DNA of 64,000 bases from an uncultured Actinomycetota bacterium (GCA_963839955.1 CAWIXB010000001.1:1887492-1951491); one strand, 5' to 3'. Numbered from the stretch's first letter, positions 1-10,512 are shown. Program-made: numbers and translations. The notes: generated by a model not told the origin, from the sequence alone.

Positions 1-672
1 CAGGTCATCGACCGTGAGGCCATCGCGTCCAACGTCTACAACGGCTCCGTCGACCCGCTGTACTCCATGGTCCCGCAGGGCCTTGAGGGCCACACCGAGG
101 CCTTCCAGGAGCAGTACGGCGAGCCCGACGCGGCGAAGGCCAAGAAGATCCTCGACGACGCCGGTGTGACCACGCCCGTGAAGACCACGATCTGGTACAC
201 GCCGTCGCGCTACGGCGCCACGTCAGCCGACATGTACGCCGAGATCGAGCGCCAGCTCAACGACAGCAAGCTCTTCCAGGTGTCGCTGAAGTCGGCGGAG
301 TACGAGCAGTACAAGGAGGAGTACCCCAAGGGCACCTACGAGGCGTGGCAGCTCGGCTGGTTCCCGGACTTCCCCGATGGTGACAACTACCTGTCGCCGT
401 TCTTCGACTCGAAGAACAACTTCCTCCAGTACGGCTACAACAACCCCGAGGTGGACAAGAAGCTGGCCGAGCAGAAGGCCAGCACCGACCCGGCGACCCG
501 CGAGGCGGCGTTCGGCGAGATCCAGAAGCTGACCGCCGAGGACGCGCCCATCGTGCCGATCTGGCAGGGCAAGCAGGTTGCCGCCGTTCTGGACGGCGTG
601 AAGGGCGTGGACGAGACCTTCGACCCGTCGTTCACGTTCCGGTTCTGGATGGTCAACGGAGTCGACGTCTAG
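1..672 (+). CDS. ABC transporter substrate-binding protein, family 5 (peptide/nickel, DppA/OppA-like), 3' portion; the 5' end lies outside the window
   Basis: Reading frame is open from base 1 (QVIDREAIASNVYNGS...). Family-5 SBP C-terminal signatures (WQLGWFPDFPDGDNYL) are present. Immediately followed by DppB/C/D/F-like genes. Confidence 0.75.
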   Translation, partial: QVIDREAIASNVYNGSVDPLYSMVPQGLEGHTEAFQEQYGEPDAAKAKKILDDAGVTTPVKTTIWYTPSRYGATSADMYAEIERQLNDSKLFQVSLKSAEYEQYKEEYPKGTYEAWQLGWFPDFPDGDNYLSPFFDSKNNFLQYGYNNPEVDKKLAEQKASTDPATREAAFGEIQKLTAEDAPIVPIWQGKQVAAVLDGVKGVDETFDPSFTFRFWMVNGVDV

Positions 673-832
673 TCAGTCAGGCTCCGTCGAGGCAGATCCC
701 GGGGGCTCCGTCGCCACGTGGCGGCGGGGCCCCCGTCTTCGACCCGGGGCTGTAGCCTCTTGCCGCGCCACAGCAGTTCCCGAGGTCTTGCGCAACGACG
801 CCGCCCCTGCGTCCCGATGAGGTGAGTGAGCC

Positions 833-1861
833 ATGGCCGCCCGAAGCGGGTCCTTGCGCAGGTACATCCTGACCAGGCTGCTGCTCGTCATCCCCAACAT
901 CCTCGTGCTGCTGACGATGGTCTTCCTGCTGATGCGCGTCGCACCGGGCGACCCGGTCAGCGCAGCCCTTGGCGGACGGCTGCCGCCCGACGAGATCGCC
1001 CGCCGCCGCGAGGCCGCGGGGTTCGACCGGCCGCTCATCGTGCAGTACTGGGAGTACGTCTCCGGCGTCCTGCGCCTCGACTTCGGCACCACTCTCACGG
1101 ACAACCGCGATGTCACCGAAATCTTCATCGTCAACGGCGGCGCCACACTGACGCTGACGGTCGCCGCGATGCTCGTCGCGCTCGTCGTCGGGATCCCACT
1201 GGGCCTTTATGCCGGCCGCCGCCGCGACACGGCCTCCGACGTCGGCATCCGGCTCTTCGGCATCCTCACCTACGCCGCGCCGGTCTTCTTCGTCGGTGTG
1301 CTCGCCCAGATGCTCTTCACCACCAAGCTCGGGTGGCTGCCGTCCGGCAAGCAGGCCGGTGCCATCACCCAGGCCACCACCGAGGAAGTCACCCACATCT
1401 TCCTGCTCGACGCTGTGCTCGCAGGCAGCAGCGACGCCTTCATCGACGGGCTCAAGCACCTCGTGATGCCGGCGGTCGTCCTGGGGTTGCTGGTCACCGG
1501 CGTCTTCATCCGGCTGATCCGGGTCAACGTCGCACAGACCATGCGTGACGACTACGTCGAGGCCGCTCAGGCCCGCGGCGTTCCCGAGAAGAAGGTCGTG
1601 CGTCACCACGCCTTCCGCAACGCCCTGGTGCCGTTCATCACCGTGCTCGGACTCCAGGTCGCGCTCCTCTTCGGCGGGGCCATCCTCACCGAACAGACGT
1701 TCAGCTGGCCGGGGGTCGGCAGCCAGCTCATCCGCTACCTCACCAACCGCGACTACGCCGCGGTCCAGGGGATCATCACCGTCTTCGCCCTCATCGTGGT
1801 GCTGATCAGTCTGCTCATCGACATCGTCAACGCGTTGATCGACCCGAGGGTGAGGTACTGA
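833..1861 (+). CDS. ABC peptide transporter permease (DppB/OppB-like)
   Basis: 342 aa. N-terminus RRYILTRLLLVIPNILVLLTMVFLLMRVAPGDP is typical of DppB/OppB. Multiple TM segments. Operon context. Confidence 0.85.
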   Translation: MAARSGSLRRYILTRLLLVIPNILVLLTMVFLLMRVAPGDPVSAALGGRLPPDEIARRREAAGFDRPLIVQYWEYVSGVLRLDFGTTLTDNRDVTEIFIVNGGATLTLTVAAMLVALVVGIPLGLYAGRRRDTASDVGIRLFGILTYAAPVFFVGVLAQMLFTTKLGWLPSGKQAGAITQATTEEVTHIFLLDAVLAGSSDAFIDGLKHLVMPAVVLGLLVTGVFIRLIRVNVAQTMRDDYVEAAQARGVPEKKVVRHHAFRNALVPFITVLGLQVALLFGGAILTEQTFSWPGVGSQLIRYLTNRDYAAVQGIITVFALIVVLISLLIDIVNALIDPRVRY

Positions 1862-1863
1862 CA

Positions 1864-2907
1864 TTGACCACCATCGGCGGCACCCCTCTTCCGACGGCCG
1901 GCGACACCGACAGCGGCCCCCATGGGGACGGCCGGCGGCACAATGTGCTGGCCCGTATCTGGGCAGGCTTCCTCTCGCCCTACCGGCGTTCCAAGGGCGT
2001 GGCCCGCTGGATGCTGGGCATGGGCACTCTGGTCACCGCGCTCATGGCGTTGGTGGCCGTCTTCGCGCCGCAAGTCGCGCCGTACGGCTTCAACCAGGTC
2101 AGCGACGGCGGGCAGCGGTTCCCCAAGCAGGCCGCTCCCTCTGCCGACCACTGGTTCGGCACCAGCGTGCAGACCTACGACGTGTTCAGCCGGGTAGTTT
2201 GGGGCACCCGCACCGCGCTCGAGGTCGTGCTGCTCTCGCTCGTCCTCTCGGTCGCGCTCGGTGTGCTGCTGGGTCTCGTCAGCGGCTACTTCGGCGGCAA
2301 GCTCGACCGCGTGTTGGTGCTGATCATGGACGCGCTGTTCGCGTTCCCGTTCCTGCTCCTCGCGATCGTTATCGCCTTCCTGCTCTCCGACAAGCTCGGC
2401 GGCGGCATCGTCACGGCAGCGATCGCCATCACCGTGGTCTACGTCCCGCAGTACTTCCGGGTGGTGCGCAACAGCACAGTGAGCGCCCGGGAGGCGACGT
2501 ACGTCGAAGCTGCCCGTACCATCGGCGCGCGGCCGGGCACGATCATGTTCCGCTACCTGCTGACCAACGTCGTGCAGAGTGTGCCGGTTATCGCCACCCT
2601 CAACGCCGCCGACGCCATCGGCACCCTCGCGGCCCTCGGCTTCCTCGGCTATGGCGTCCAGCCGACCGAGGCCGCGGAGTGGGGCTACGACCTGTTCCGC
2701 GCGCTGCCCGATGCGACCTCCGGCATCTGGTGGACATCGTTGTTCCCGGGCCTCGCCATCGTCGTGCTGGTCACCGCCCTCACCCTGGTGGGCGAGGGGC
2801 TCAACGAGACGCTCAACCCGACCCTGCGCCAACGGCGGCTGCTCACTGTCCGGCTTCCGGAGCGCACCGGTCACCCGAGTCGAGCGACCGCGGAGGAGGG
2901 CACATGA
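1864..2907 (+). CDS. ABC peptide transporter permease (DppC/OppC-like)
   Basis: 347 aa membrane protein with a binding-protein-dependent transport system inner membrane component pattern. Start codon is probably TTG overlapping the upstream stop. Exact start uncertain. Confidence 0.8.
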   Translation: MTTIGGTPLPTAGDTDSGPHGDGRRHNVLARIWAGFLSPYRRSKGVARWMLGMGTLVTALMALVAVFAPQVAPYGFNQVSDGGQRFPKQAAPSADHWFGTSVQTYDVFSRVVWGTRTALEVVLLSLVLSVALGVLLGLVSGYFGGKLDRVLVLIMDALFAFPFLLLAIVIAFLLSDKLGGGIVTAAIAITVVYVPQYFRVVRNSTVSAREATYVEAARTIGARPGTIMFRYLLTNVVQSVPVIATLNAADAIGTLAALGFLGYGVQPTEAAEWGYDLFRALPDATSGIWWTSLFPGLAIVVLVTALTLVGEGLNETLNPTLRQRRLLTVRLPERTGHPSRATAEEGT

Positions 2908-3968
2908 GCGTGCTGGCCGAGCCAGTCCCCACCCCGGCGCCCGAGAACGGCGAGCCGGTTCTCTCGGTGCGCGATCTGCGGGTCTGGTACGCCACCGAGA
3001 TCGGGCCGGTGCGCGCCGTCGACGGCGTGTCCTTCGACCTCTTCCGGGGCGAGACGCTGGGTCTGGTAGGAGAGTCGGGGTGCGGAAAGTCGACGCTCGG
3101 GCGTGGCGTACTGGGCCTGCTGCCGCCCGGCACCGCAGTGGACGGCGAGGTGCTCTACCGCGGCCAGAACCTGGTCACACTCGGAGACCGGGCGCTGCAG
3201 GAGCTGCGTGGGTCGCACCTCGGGTTGATCTTCCAGGAGCCCATGACGCGGCTCAACCCGCTGATGCGGGTGAGCGAGCACTTCGAGGAGACGCTCAACG
3301 CGCACGAGCCGAACCTGGACAAGAGCGAGCGTCGCCAACGCGCGCTGGTGGCGCTGCGCGAGATGGGCATCCCGCCGAGCCGCTACCGCAGCTACCCACA
3401 TGAGTTCTCGGGCGGCATGCGCCAGCGCATCATGATCGCGCTCGCGCTCGTCCTGCGCCCCGCGTTCGTCGTGGCCGATGAGCCGACGACCGCGCTCGAC
3501 GTCCTCGTCGAGGCCCAGATCGTGCGCATCCTCGCGGAGCTGCGCCGCAGCCACGACACCTCGCTGCTGTTCATCACCCACAACCTCGGCATCGTCGCCG
3601 AGGCGTGCGACCGCATCGCGGTGATGTACGCCGGGCGCATCGTCGAGCAGGGGCCGGCCCGGCAGGTCTTCCGTGACCCACAGCACCCCTACACGCGCGA
3701 GCTGCTGCGGTCCACGATCTCGCTGTCGACCACCGGGCTGCACTACATTCCGGGCGCGCCGCCGGACCTGAGCGACCCGCCGCCGGGGTGCCGCTTCCAC
3801 ACCCGCTGCCCCGACGCGATGCGGGTGTGCGCCTCGAAGCTTCCGGTGCCGGTCCGAAGAGGCGAGGGCGAGGTCGAGTGCTGGCTGCACGGCCCGCAGT
3901 CAGAGGTGCCTGCGGGCGGCGACGCCCCGCTGGACCGAGGGGAGATCGACGTTGCCGACGAAGCCTGA
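2904..3968 (+). CDS. ABC transporter ATP-binding protein (DppD/OppD-like)
   Basis: Walker [13 protein letters not shown] signature FSGGMRQR. Walker [14 protein letters not shown]-terminal oligopeptide-ABC Cys-rich tail (CRFHTRCP). The ATG at 2904 lies inside the longer alternate-frame track ORF 2199..3968. Confidence 0.85.
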   Translation: MSVLAEPVPTPAPENGEPVLSVRDLRVWYATEIGPVRAVDGVSFDLFRGETLGLVGESGCGKSTLGRGVLGLLPPGTAVDGEVLYRGQNLVTLGDRALQELRGSHLGLIFQEPMTRLNPLMRVSEHFEETLNAHEPNLDKSERRQRALVALREMGIPPSRYRSYPHEFSGGMRQRIMIALALVLRPAFVVADEPTTALDVLVEAQIVRILAELRRSHDTSLLFITHNLGIVAEACDRIAVMYAGRIVEQGPARQVFRDPQHPYTRELLRSTISLSTTGLHYIPGAPPDLSDPPPGCRFHTRCPDAMRVCASKLPVPVRRGEGEVECWLHGPQSEVPAGGDAPLDRGEIDVADEA

Positions 3969-5316
3969 GACCGCAGCTGCCGCGCACCGCGGTGGCGAGC
4001 CGTCCGCCGAACCGTTCCTCCGCGTGCGCGACCTCGAGGTCCACTTCGCCCTCCGGGGCGGCAACCTCTCGCGGCTGGTCGGTCGCGACACCGGTGCCGT
4101 CAAGGCCGTCGACGGCGTGAGCTTCGACCTGCGCGAGGGTGAGGTCCTCGGCCTCGTGGGGGAGTCGGGATCAGGCAAGTCGACCCTCGGACGCGCCCTG
4201 CTCGGCCTCGTCCCGGCGACCAAGGGCAGCGTCGAGCTGCACGGGGAGCCGATCACCGGCCGCTCGGCGAAGGAGATGCGTCAGCTGCGCAAGACCCTCC
4301 AGATGGTCTTCCAGGACCCCCACGCGTCGCTCAACCCTTCGATGGACATCGAGACGGCGGTGGGGCACCCGCTGCGCATCCACGGCCTGACCAAGGGCAA
4401 GGCGGCCACCCGCCGCAAGGTGGTCGAGGCGCTCGATCGCGTCGGTCTGAGCCCCGTCGAGCGCTATCTCACGAAGTACCCCCGCGACCTGTCCGGTGGC
4501 CAGAAGCAGCGCGCTGTGCTCGCCCGCGCGACCATCCTCGACCCGGCGCTGCTCGTCGCGGACGAACCGATCTCGATGCTCGACATGAGCGTGCGTGCGA
4601 AGATCCTCGAACTGATGCTCGACCTGCGCCGCGAGCTCGACCTGACCTACGTCTACATCACCCACGACCTGGCGACGGCCAAGTTCTTCTGCGACCGGGT
4701 GGCGATCATGTATCTCGGCCGGATCGTCGAGATCGGCCCGGTCGAGGAGATCTTCCGCGACCCGAAGCACCCCTACACCCGGTCGCTGCTCGCAGCCATC
4801 CCCGAGCTCGACCCGACGTCCGAGGGTCCCCGCGACCTGCCGCGCGGCGAGATCCCCGACGCGGCCCGCCCGCCGCTCGGCTGCTCGTTCCACCCGCGCT
4901 GCCCGAAGGCGTTCGAGGTCTGCGGATGGGAGAGTCGCGACCTGCGCGTCCTGCTCGAGCAGCGGTGGCTGACGCTGGACGCCGACGAGTACGACCGCGA
5001 GCAGGCCTACTTCGGCGACCTGTCGGTGCTCGACGAGCCGGGGCACACAGTGAGGCTGACGTCCTCGCGCGGTCACTCCGGCGACGAAATCGCTGCGACC
5101 CTGCGTGCGATCAGGGAGTCCGACCCCGACGAGCCGCTGTGGCGAGGGCTGCGCGAGGTGAAGGTCGAGGCCGGGGCCGTCCGCCTGGAGTTCTTCGACG
5201 GCGTCGATCCGCAGCTGCGGGCGACGGGCGGGGTCGACGTGGCCTGCCACCTGCACGACTCGGCACAGCGGCGCGAGGCGGAGAAGCTCGAGGAACAGCA
5301 AGAGCTCGACGTATGA
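3952..5316 (+). CDS. ABC transporter ATP-binding protein (DppF/OppF-like) with a roughly 120-aa C-terminal extension
   Basis: Walker A GESGSGKST. Signature LSGGQKQR. Walker B LLVADEPISMLD. C-terminal CSFHPRCP motif followed by an unusual acidic extension. 4-nt class overlap with the upstream ATPase. Confidence 0.8.
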   Translation: MPTKPETAAAAHRGGEPSAEPFLRVRDLEVHFALRGGNLSRLVGRDTGAVKAVDGVSFDLREGEVLGLVGESGSGKSTLGRALLGLVPATKGSVELHGEPITGRSAKEMRQLRKTLQMVFQDPHASLNPSMDIETAVGHPLRIHGLTKGKAATRRKVVEALDRVGLSPVERYLTKYPRDLSGGQKQRAVLARATILDPALLVADEPISMLDMSVRAKILELMLDLRRELDLTYVYITHDLATAKFFCDRVAIMYLGRIVEIGPVEEIFRDPKHPYTRSLLAAIPELDPTSEGPRDLPRGEIPDAARPPLGCSFHPRCPKAFEVCGWESRDLRVLLEQRWLTLDADEYDREQAYFGDLSVLDEPGHTVRLTSSRGHSGDEIAATLRAIRESDPDEPLWRGLREVKVEAGAVRLEFFDGVDPQLRATGGVDVACHLHDSAQRREAEKLEEQQELDV

Positions 5317-5978
5317 CGGAGCTGGAAGCCGTCCTGTTCGACATGGACGGCCTGCTCGTCGGCACCGAGGAAACCTGGTTCGAGGTCGAGAGCGAGGTGA
5401 TGGGGCGCCTCGGCGCACCGTGGGGCCCTGAGCACCAGGTGTCGCTGGTCGGCGGCTCCCTCGAACACACCGCCACCTACATGCTGGCCGTCGCCGAACG
5501 CCCGGATCTCGCGCCCGGCGACGTCGCGATCGCGCTGCTCGACGGCATGGAGGACGCCCTGCGCCGTGGCCCGGTGCACTGGATGCCCGGCGCCCGCGAG
5601 CTGCTGGCCGAGGTCGAGCGGGCCGGGCTGCCGGCCGCGCTCGTGTCCTCGTCGGCGCGGCGGCTCGTCGACGCCGTGCTCGATGCCATCGGGCGCGAGC
5701 ACTTCGGCGCCACTGTGTCCTCCGACGACGTCGCGCACACCAAGCCCGACCCGGCGCCCTACCGCCTCGCCGCCGACAAGCTCGCCGTGCGTCCCGAGGC
5801 GTGCCTCGCGCTCGAGGACTCCGCGACAGGTGCGATGTCGGCGCGTGCCGCGGGCTGTGTCACGGTCATCGTGCCGAGCCTGGTCCGAGTCGACGACAGC
5901 GTCGCGGACGCCGTCGTCGACTCGCTGGTCGACATCGACCTCGCCTGGTTGCGCAGACTCGTCGCTACTCGGTCGTGA
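5313..5978 (+). CDS. HAD-superfamily hydrolase (beta-phosphoglucomutase-like, subfamily IA)
   Basis: N-terminal AVLFDMDGLLVGTE (DxDG motif I). C-terminal LALEDSATGAMSARAAG (motif IV). The ATG at 5313 is in frame inside track ORF 4926..5978. Confidence 0.75.
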   Translation: MTELEAVLFDMDGLLVGTEETWFEVESEVMGRLGAPWGPEHQVSLVGGSLEHTATYMLAVAERPDLAPGDVAIALLDGMEDALRRGPVHWMPGARELLAEVERAGLPAALVSSSARRLVDAVLDAIGREHFGATVSSDDVAHTKPDPAPYRLAADKLAVRPEACLALEDSATGAMSARAAGCVTVIVPSLVRVDDSVADAVVDSLVDIDLAWLRRLVATRS

Positions 5979-8508
5979 TCGCACGCAGTACGTCGAGGCG
6001 TGCCGCCCGCCGTGCCGGGAAGATCGCCGCGAGCACCCCGATGAGCCCTCCTACCGCGAGGTAGATCACCAGCTGGGCGTAGGGAACGACAACCTCCTCG
6101 ATGCCGTCGTCGGCGAGAGAGCTCACCATCGAGGTACCGAGAACGATGCCCAGCGCAATGCCCAGCAGTGCGCCGAAGATCGCGATGACGACGGACTCGA
6201 GCCGGATCATCCGGCGGACCTGCCGGCGAGCCATGCCCACGGCCCGCAACAGTCCGATCTCCCTGGTGCGTTCGATCACGGACAGGGCCAGGGTGTTGAC
6301 GATGCCGAGTGCGGCGATCAGCACGGCCAGCGCGAGCAGCACATAGATGAAGCCCAGGAGCTGGTTGATCTGTTTGCGCTGCTCGTCCTTGAACTCGCTC
6401 TGGTCGCGCACCTGCAGGTTCGCGGACGCCCCGGTCGCCGCGGTGATCCCCTTGCGCACCTGTGTGAGGTTGGCGTCGGGCTTGACGGTCATCGCGACCA
6501 CCTGGTCGAGGTGCGCGCTGAAGTTGGCGTTGTAGGTGTCCAGCCCGATCAGGTAGTTCCCGGCGATCTGGTTCTCGGCGTAGGTCCCGCCGAGGGTCAG
6601 GGTCGTCTTGCCCGTCTTGCCGAACTCGACAGTGATCTGGTCGCCGACCTTCCACTTGTTTTCGGTGGCCACGTCCTGGTTGACCAGGATCTCGCCCTGC
6701 CCGAGCGCGGCGATGTCGCCGCCGACCACGTCCAGCTGCAGGGTGCGGTCGACGGTGTCGGCCGTGACGCCCTGGATGGCTGTGACCTTGCCGTCGATCT
6801 GGGCCTGACCGGCCCGGAACGACGTCACCGCGTCGATGCCGTCGACCTTGCCCATGGAGTCGGCCACGCTGGCCGGGATGGGCGAGAAGGTCTTCGTCGC
6901 CACGATGAAGTCGGCACCGACACTGCGGTCGATGGTCGCGTTGGCGCTCTTCGTTATCGAGGAGCCGAGGACGCCTCCGGCCGCAACGAGCGCGAGCCCG
7001 ACCATGAGCGCGGAAGCCGTCGCCGCGGTGCGCCGGGGGTTGCGCCGCGCGTTCTCGCGCGACAGCCGTCCGGTGGTGCCCCAGATCCGCGGCAGGGGCA
7101 CGCCGATGCCGGCCACGGCGGGCCGGCTCGCGAACGGGCTGAGCACGGCGACGCCGAGGAAGACCAGCAGCGCCCCGATGCCGACCCAGAGGATGCCCGC
7201 GTCGGCGAGCAGCCCGGACGCCATGCTGGCGACGCCCAGGCCGAGAACGGCCACCCCGACCAGAGCACGGCGACGCAGGGACGACTCGGGCAAGGCGACG
7301 TCGTCGCGCAGCGCCGCGATCGGCGGAATCTTGGTGGCCCGGCGAGCCGGGCCAATGGCCGCCACGATGGTGACGACCGTGCCGACGAGGAAGGCCCACA
7401 TCACCGTGTTGGCTTGCAGGATCAGACCGCTGCCTGGGATCTCACCGATGAACGCGCTGATGAGAGCGCGCAGGCCGATGGACAGGAGCACACCGAGCCC
7501 GAGGCCGAGTATCGAGCCCAGGAGGCCGACGGCGGCCGCCTCGGCGATGACCGAACCGTTCACCTGGCGGCGGCTCGCCCCCAGTGCGCGCAGCAGGGCG
7601 AGCTCACGGCTGCGCTGGGCCACCAGCATCGAGAACGTGTTGAAGATGATGAACGAGCCGACGAAGATCGAGATGACGGCGAAGACGAGCAGGAAGATGC
7701 TGAAGAACTGCAACTGGTCCTTGATGTTGCCCGACTCAGCGGCCGCGAGTTCCTCGCCCGTGAGTGCTTCGTAGTCGGCCGGTAGGGCCTGCGCGACCCG
7801 GTCGCGCAAAGCTGCGTCGCCGACGCTGCCGTCGCCTAGCGCGAGCACCTCGGAGAAGCTGCCGTCGGTGGAGAGCACGTCCTGCGCTGTGGCGGCATCG
7901 AACAGGGTGATGGTCGCGCCGCCCAGGCTGGCGCCATCGCCGAAACCGACGATGCCGCTGACGGCGGCAGCCTTCGTGCCCGACTCGGTCAGCACCTTGA
8001 TGCGGTCGCCGACCGCAAGCTCGTTGTCCTTGGCCGTGGCCTCGTCGATGGCCACCTGGCCGGCAGCAGCCGGGGCATCCCCGGAGGTGAGCCGGTAGGG
8101 ATTCAGCGGGGAGTCGCCCAACCAGGCGCCGCCCATCGTGGGGGCTCCGCTGGTCTCGACGACCTTCCCGTCAGGCTTGACGATCTGCGCGAAGCCGGTG
8201 AAGTCGCCCTCTGCCTCGCGCACGCCGTCGACCTCGCGCACCTGGTCGAGCACGCTGACGGGAACGGGCGGCCGGGCCTGGGCCGGGTCGCCGCCATCGA
8301 CGACGCTGGCCTCGAAGGCCGCCTTGCCGCGGACGCCGACGTCGGTGCCCGAGTAGGCAGTGGAGAAGAGCTTGTCGAACGTGGAGTTCATGGTGTCGCC
8401 GAGGACCAACGTCCCGGAGACGAAGGCGACACCGAGGACGACCGAGAGGGCCGTCAGGACAAGGCGGAGCTTGCGGGCGAGCAGGTTCTTGACGATGACG
8501 CGAAGCAC
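5965..8508 (-). CDS. ABC exporter permease, FtsX/MacB family with duplicated FtsX domains
   Basis: 847 aa. N-terminal MLRVIVKNLLARKLRLVLTALSVVLGVAFVSGTLVLGDT is typical of MacB-type permeases. Two 4-TM FtsX modules. Directly downstream of its ATPase. Confidence 0.85.
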   Translation of the reverse strand: MLRVIVKNLLARKLRLVLTALSVVLGVAFVSGTLVLGDTMNSTFDKLFSTAYSGTDVGVRGKAAFEASVVDGGDPAQARPPVPVSVLDQVREVDGVREAEGDFTGFAQIVKPDGKVVETSGAPTMGGAWLGDSPLNPYRLTSGDAPAAAGQVAIDEATAKDNELAVGDRIKVLTESGTKAAAVSGIVGFGDGASLGGATITLFDAATAQDVLSTDGSFSEVLALGDGSVGDAALRDRVAQALPADYEALTGEELAAAESGNIKDQLQFFSIFLLVFAVISIFVGSFIIFNTFSMLVAQRSRELALLRALGASRRQVNGSVIAEAAAVGLLGSILGLGLGVLLSIGLRALISAFIGEIPGSGLILQANTVMWAFLVGTVVTIVAAIGPARRATKIPPIAALRDDVALPESSLRRRALVGVAVLGLGVASMASGLLADAGILWVGIGALLVFLGVAVLSPFASRPAVAGIGVPLPRIWGTTGRLSRENARRNPRRTAATASALMVGLALVAAGGVLGSSITKSANATIDRSVGADFIVATKTFSPIPASVADSMGKVDGIDAVTSFRAGQAQIDGKVTAIQGVTADTVDRTLQLDVVGGDIAALGQGEILVNQDVATENKWKVGDQITVEFGKTGKTTLTLGGTYAENQIAGNYLIGLDTYNANFSAHLDQVVAMTVKPDANLTQVRKGITAATGASANLQVRDQSEFKDEQRKQINQLLGFIYVLLALAVLIAALGIVNTLALSVIERTREIGLLRAVGMARRQVRRMIRLESVVIAIFGALLGIALGIVLGTSMVSSLADDGIEEVVVPYAQLVIYLAVGGLIGVLAAIFPARRAARLDVLRAITTE

Positions 8509-8512
8509 GAGG

Positions 8513-9331
8513 TCACGCCCTCCCGGCCGCGTCGGACGACAGGGGGTTGCTGCGCGCCGAGGGGACGGCTGGCTCGTGGCCGGACTCCAGGCGTTTCATC
8601 CGCTCGAGGACCAGCGCCGCAGTCGGGGATGCCATCTCGTCGACGATGCGGCCGTCAGCAAGGAAGAGAACCCGGTCGGCGTACGAAGCGGCGGCCGGGT
8701 CGTGGGTGACCATGACCACGGTCTGGCCCATGGTGCGGACCGAGCTCTGCAGGAACTCGAGCACCTCGACGCCTGACCGTGAGTCGAGGTTGCCGGTCGG
8801 CTCGTCGGCGAACACGATGTCGGGCCGGCCCGCGAGCGCGCGGGCGCAGGCGACCCGCTGCTGCTGGCCACCCGAGAGCTGGTTGGGACGGTGGTGCAGG
8901 CGGTCGCGCAGCCGGACGGTGTCGATCACCGTGTCGAGCCATTCGCGATCGGGTTTGCGCCCGGCGATGTCGAGGGGCAGCGTGATGTTCTCGATGGCCG
9001 TGAGGGTCGGGACCAGGTTGTAGGCCTGGAAGATGAACCCGAGGTTGTCGCGGCGGAGCCGGGTCAGCCGCTTGTCGTCGAGTGACGTCAGCTCGATGTC
9101 GCCAATCATCACCGAGCCCGACGTGGCGCTGTCGAGCCCGGCCATGCAGTGCATCAGTGTCGACTTGCCGGAGCCCGAGGGACCCATGATCGCGGTGAAG
9201 TGACCGCGACGGAACTCCACGCTGACGGCATCGAGCGCGACCACGAGAGTGTCGCCCTCGCCGTAGGTCTTGCTCAGCTCGCGCGTCTGCGCGGCAGTTC
9301 CCGTCGCGGTGGCTGACCCGTTTGTGCTCAC
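8513..9331 (-). CDS. ABC transporter ATP-binding protein (MacB/LolD-type)
   Basis: Walker A GPSGSGKST. Q-loop. Signature LSGGQQQRVACARAL. Walker B IVFADEPTGNLD. AAGGAG RBS 5 nt upstream of the ATG. Confidence 0.9.
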   Translation of the reverse strand: MSTNGSATATGTAAQTRELSKTYGEGDTLVVALDAVSVEFRRGHFTAIMGPSGSGKSTLMHCMAGLDSATSGSVMIGDIELTSLDDKRLTRLRRDNLGFIFQAYNLVPTLTAIENITLPLDIAGRKPDREWLDTVIDTVRLRDRLHHRPNQLSGGQQQRVACARALAGRPDIVFADEPTGNLDSRSGVEVLEFLQSSVRTMGQTVVMVTHDPAAASYADRVLFLADGRIVDEMASPTAALVLERMKRLESGHEPAVPSARSNPLSSDAAGRA

Positions 9332-9352
9332 ATTCGGCTCCTTGGCAGGTGT

Positions 9353-9440
9353 TGTCAGTCACCCACCGTATGGGTGACTGCCAGTGATTTTTCGTGCTCG
9401 CGGGAAATGTCCGGGTGACCTCCGGGTGATCTCCGGGACA
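9353..9440. promoter_or_regulatory. Putative operator/promoter region: perfect 10-bp inverted repeat CAGTCACCCA-ccgta-TGGGTGACTG followed by a T5 run and tandem TCCGGGTGA(C/T) repeats
   Basis: Seen directly in the 125-bp gap upstream of the ABC-exporter ATPase start on the minus strand. The GGGTGAC core recurs 4 times (both hairpin arms plus two direct copies). Confidence 0.35.
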
Positions 9441-9455
9441 CCCTGAGAGCGCTGT

Positions 9456-10397
9456 CTAGACTTCGTCAGCCGGGGTGACCGGGGAGGGCCGCTCGTCGGC
9501 GACCTGTGCGCCGGGAACCTCCGGCACCGGCAGCAGGGGGAGTGGCGGCGGAGTGCCGCCGAAGGCAGGGCAGAGGTCCTGGTGGTCGCACCAGTCGCAG
9601 AGCCGGCTCGGGCTGGGCCGCCAGTCACCGCGCTCCGTGGCGCGCTGGATCGCGGCCCAGACGGCAGCGAGCTTGCGCTCGGTGGCTTGCAGGTCGGCCT
9701 CGTCCGGCTCGTAGCGAAGCACCTCGTCGCTGCCGAGGTAGAGCAGCTGAAGCAGCTTGGGCACCCGGCCGTGCAGACGCCAGAGCACGAGCGCGTAGAA
9801 GCGCATCTGGAACATCGCCTTGGCCTCGAACCCCTCGCGGGGAGCGCGGCCGGTCTTGTAGTCGACCACCCGCAGGTCGCCGGACGGCGCGACGTCGAGC
9901 CGGTCGACGTAGCCGCGCAGCCGCAGCCCGCTGTCGAGCTCGCACTCGACGTAGAGCTCGCGCTCGGCAGGCTCGAGCCGGCGCGGGTCCTCGAGGCCGA
10001 AGTAGGCGTCGAGGAGCTGGTCGGCGCCGTGCAGCCACTCGCCGCACGCCTCGTCGTCGGCGAAGAGCTCGCCCAGCTCTGGCGCCTCGGCGAGCAGTCG
10101 CTCCCACTCGGGGCGCAGCAGCGTGGCAGCCCGCTCCGGCGTGCGCTCACCGGCCGGCAGGTCGAAAAGCCGCTCGAGCACCGCGTGGACGACGGTGCCA
10201 CGGGTGGCGAGCGGGCTGGGATGCTCGGGGAGACGGTCGATGACCCGGAAGCGATAGAGCAGCGGGCAGGTGAGGAAGTCGCTGGCCCGTGAGGGTGACA
10301 GCGACGACGGCGCCACCGGCTGTGGCACGGGCTCCTCGGCGGGCGCCCCCTCGGGCAACAGTTCAGCCTGCGACGAGGCAGCCTGCGACGAGCTCAT
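9456..10397 (-). CDS. PD-(D/E)XK RecB-family nuclease (Cas4-like domain protein)
   Basis: Conserved pattern DYKTGRAP...C-terminal CDWCDHQDLCP cysteine cluster typical of the RecB-family nuclease domain. This neighbour of trmI/proteasome loci is found in actinobacteria. Start taken at the internal ATG (residue 35 of track ORF 9456..10499). Start uncertain. Confidence 0.65.
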   Translation of the reverse strand: MSSSQAASSQAELLPEGAPAEEPVPQPVAPSSLSPSRASDFLTCPLLYRFRVIDRLPEHPSPLATRGTVVHAVLERLFDLPAGERTPERAATLLRPEWERLLAEAPELGELFADDEACGEWLHGADQLLDAYFGLEDPRRLEPAERELYVECELDSGLRLRGYVDRLDVAPSGDLRVVDYKTGRAPREGFEAKAMFQMRFYALVLWRLHGRVPKLLQLLYLGSDEVLRYEPDEADLQATERKLAAVWAAIQRATERGDWRPSPSRLCDWCDHQDLCPAFGGTPPPLPLLPVPEVPGAQVADERPSPVTPADEV

Positions 10398-10512
10398 GCC
10401 CGCGACTCTAGGTGGCCAGTCCGACAATGCCCCGACGACAGGCGGAGCCCCCGACGACAGGCGGAATCCTGACGCGCGGCGGCGGCGCCTCCCGACCACC
10501 TACCATCGGGGG

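Noticed and set aside
677-1864. Long reverse-strand and alternate-frame ORFs throughout the track (e.g. 677..1864 -, 1753..2874 -, 5566..7785 +, 5759..7399 -, 13171..15306 -, 15282..16904 -, 19327..20409 -, 21664..22593 -, 29521..31323 -, 33985..35289 -, 41577..43139 -, 54795..55844 +)
   Set aside because: Typical high-GC antisense/alternate-frame open frames. Each overlaps a gene with clear motif-level support on the other strand or frame. Their translations are Arg/Gly/Pro/Asp-rich with no domain signatures.
2199-3968. 589-aa track ORF upstream-extended version of the DppD-like ATPase
   Set aside because: The N-terminal 235 residues are an out-of-frame read over the permease gene. ABC motifs begin only after the ATG at 2904.
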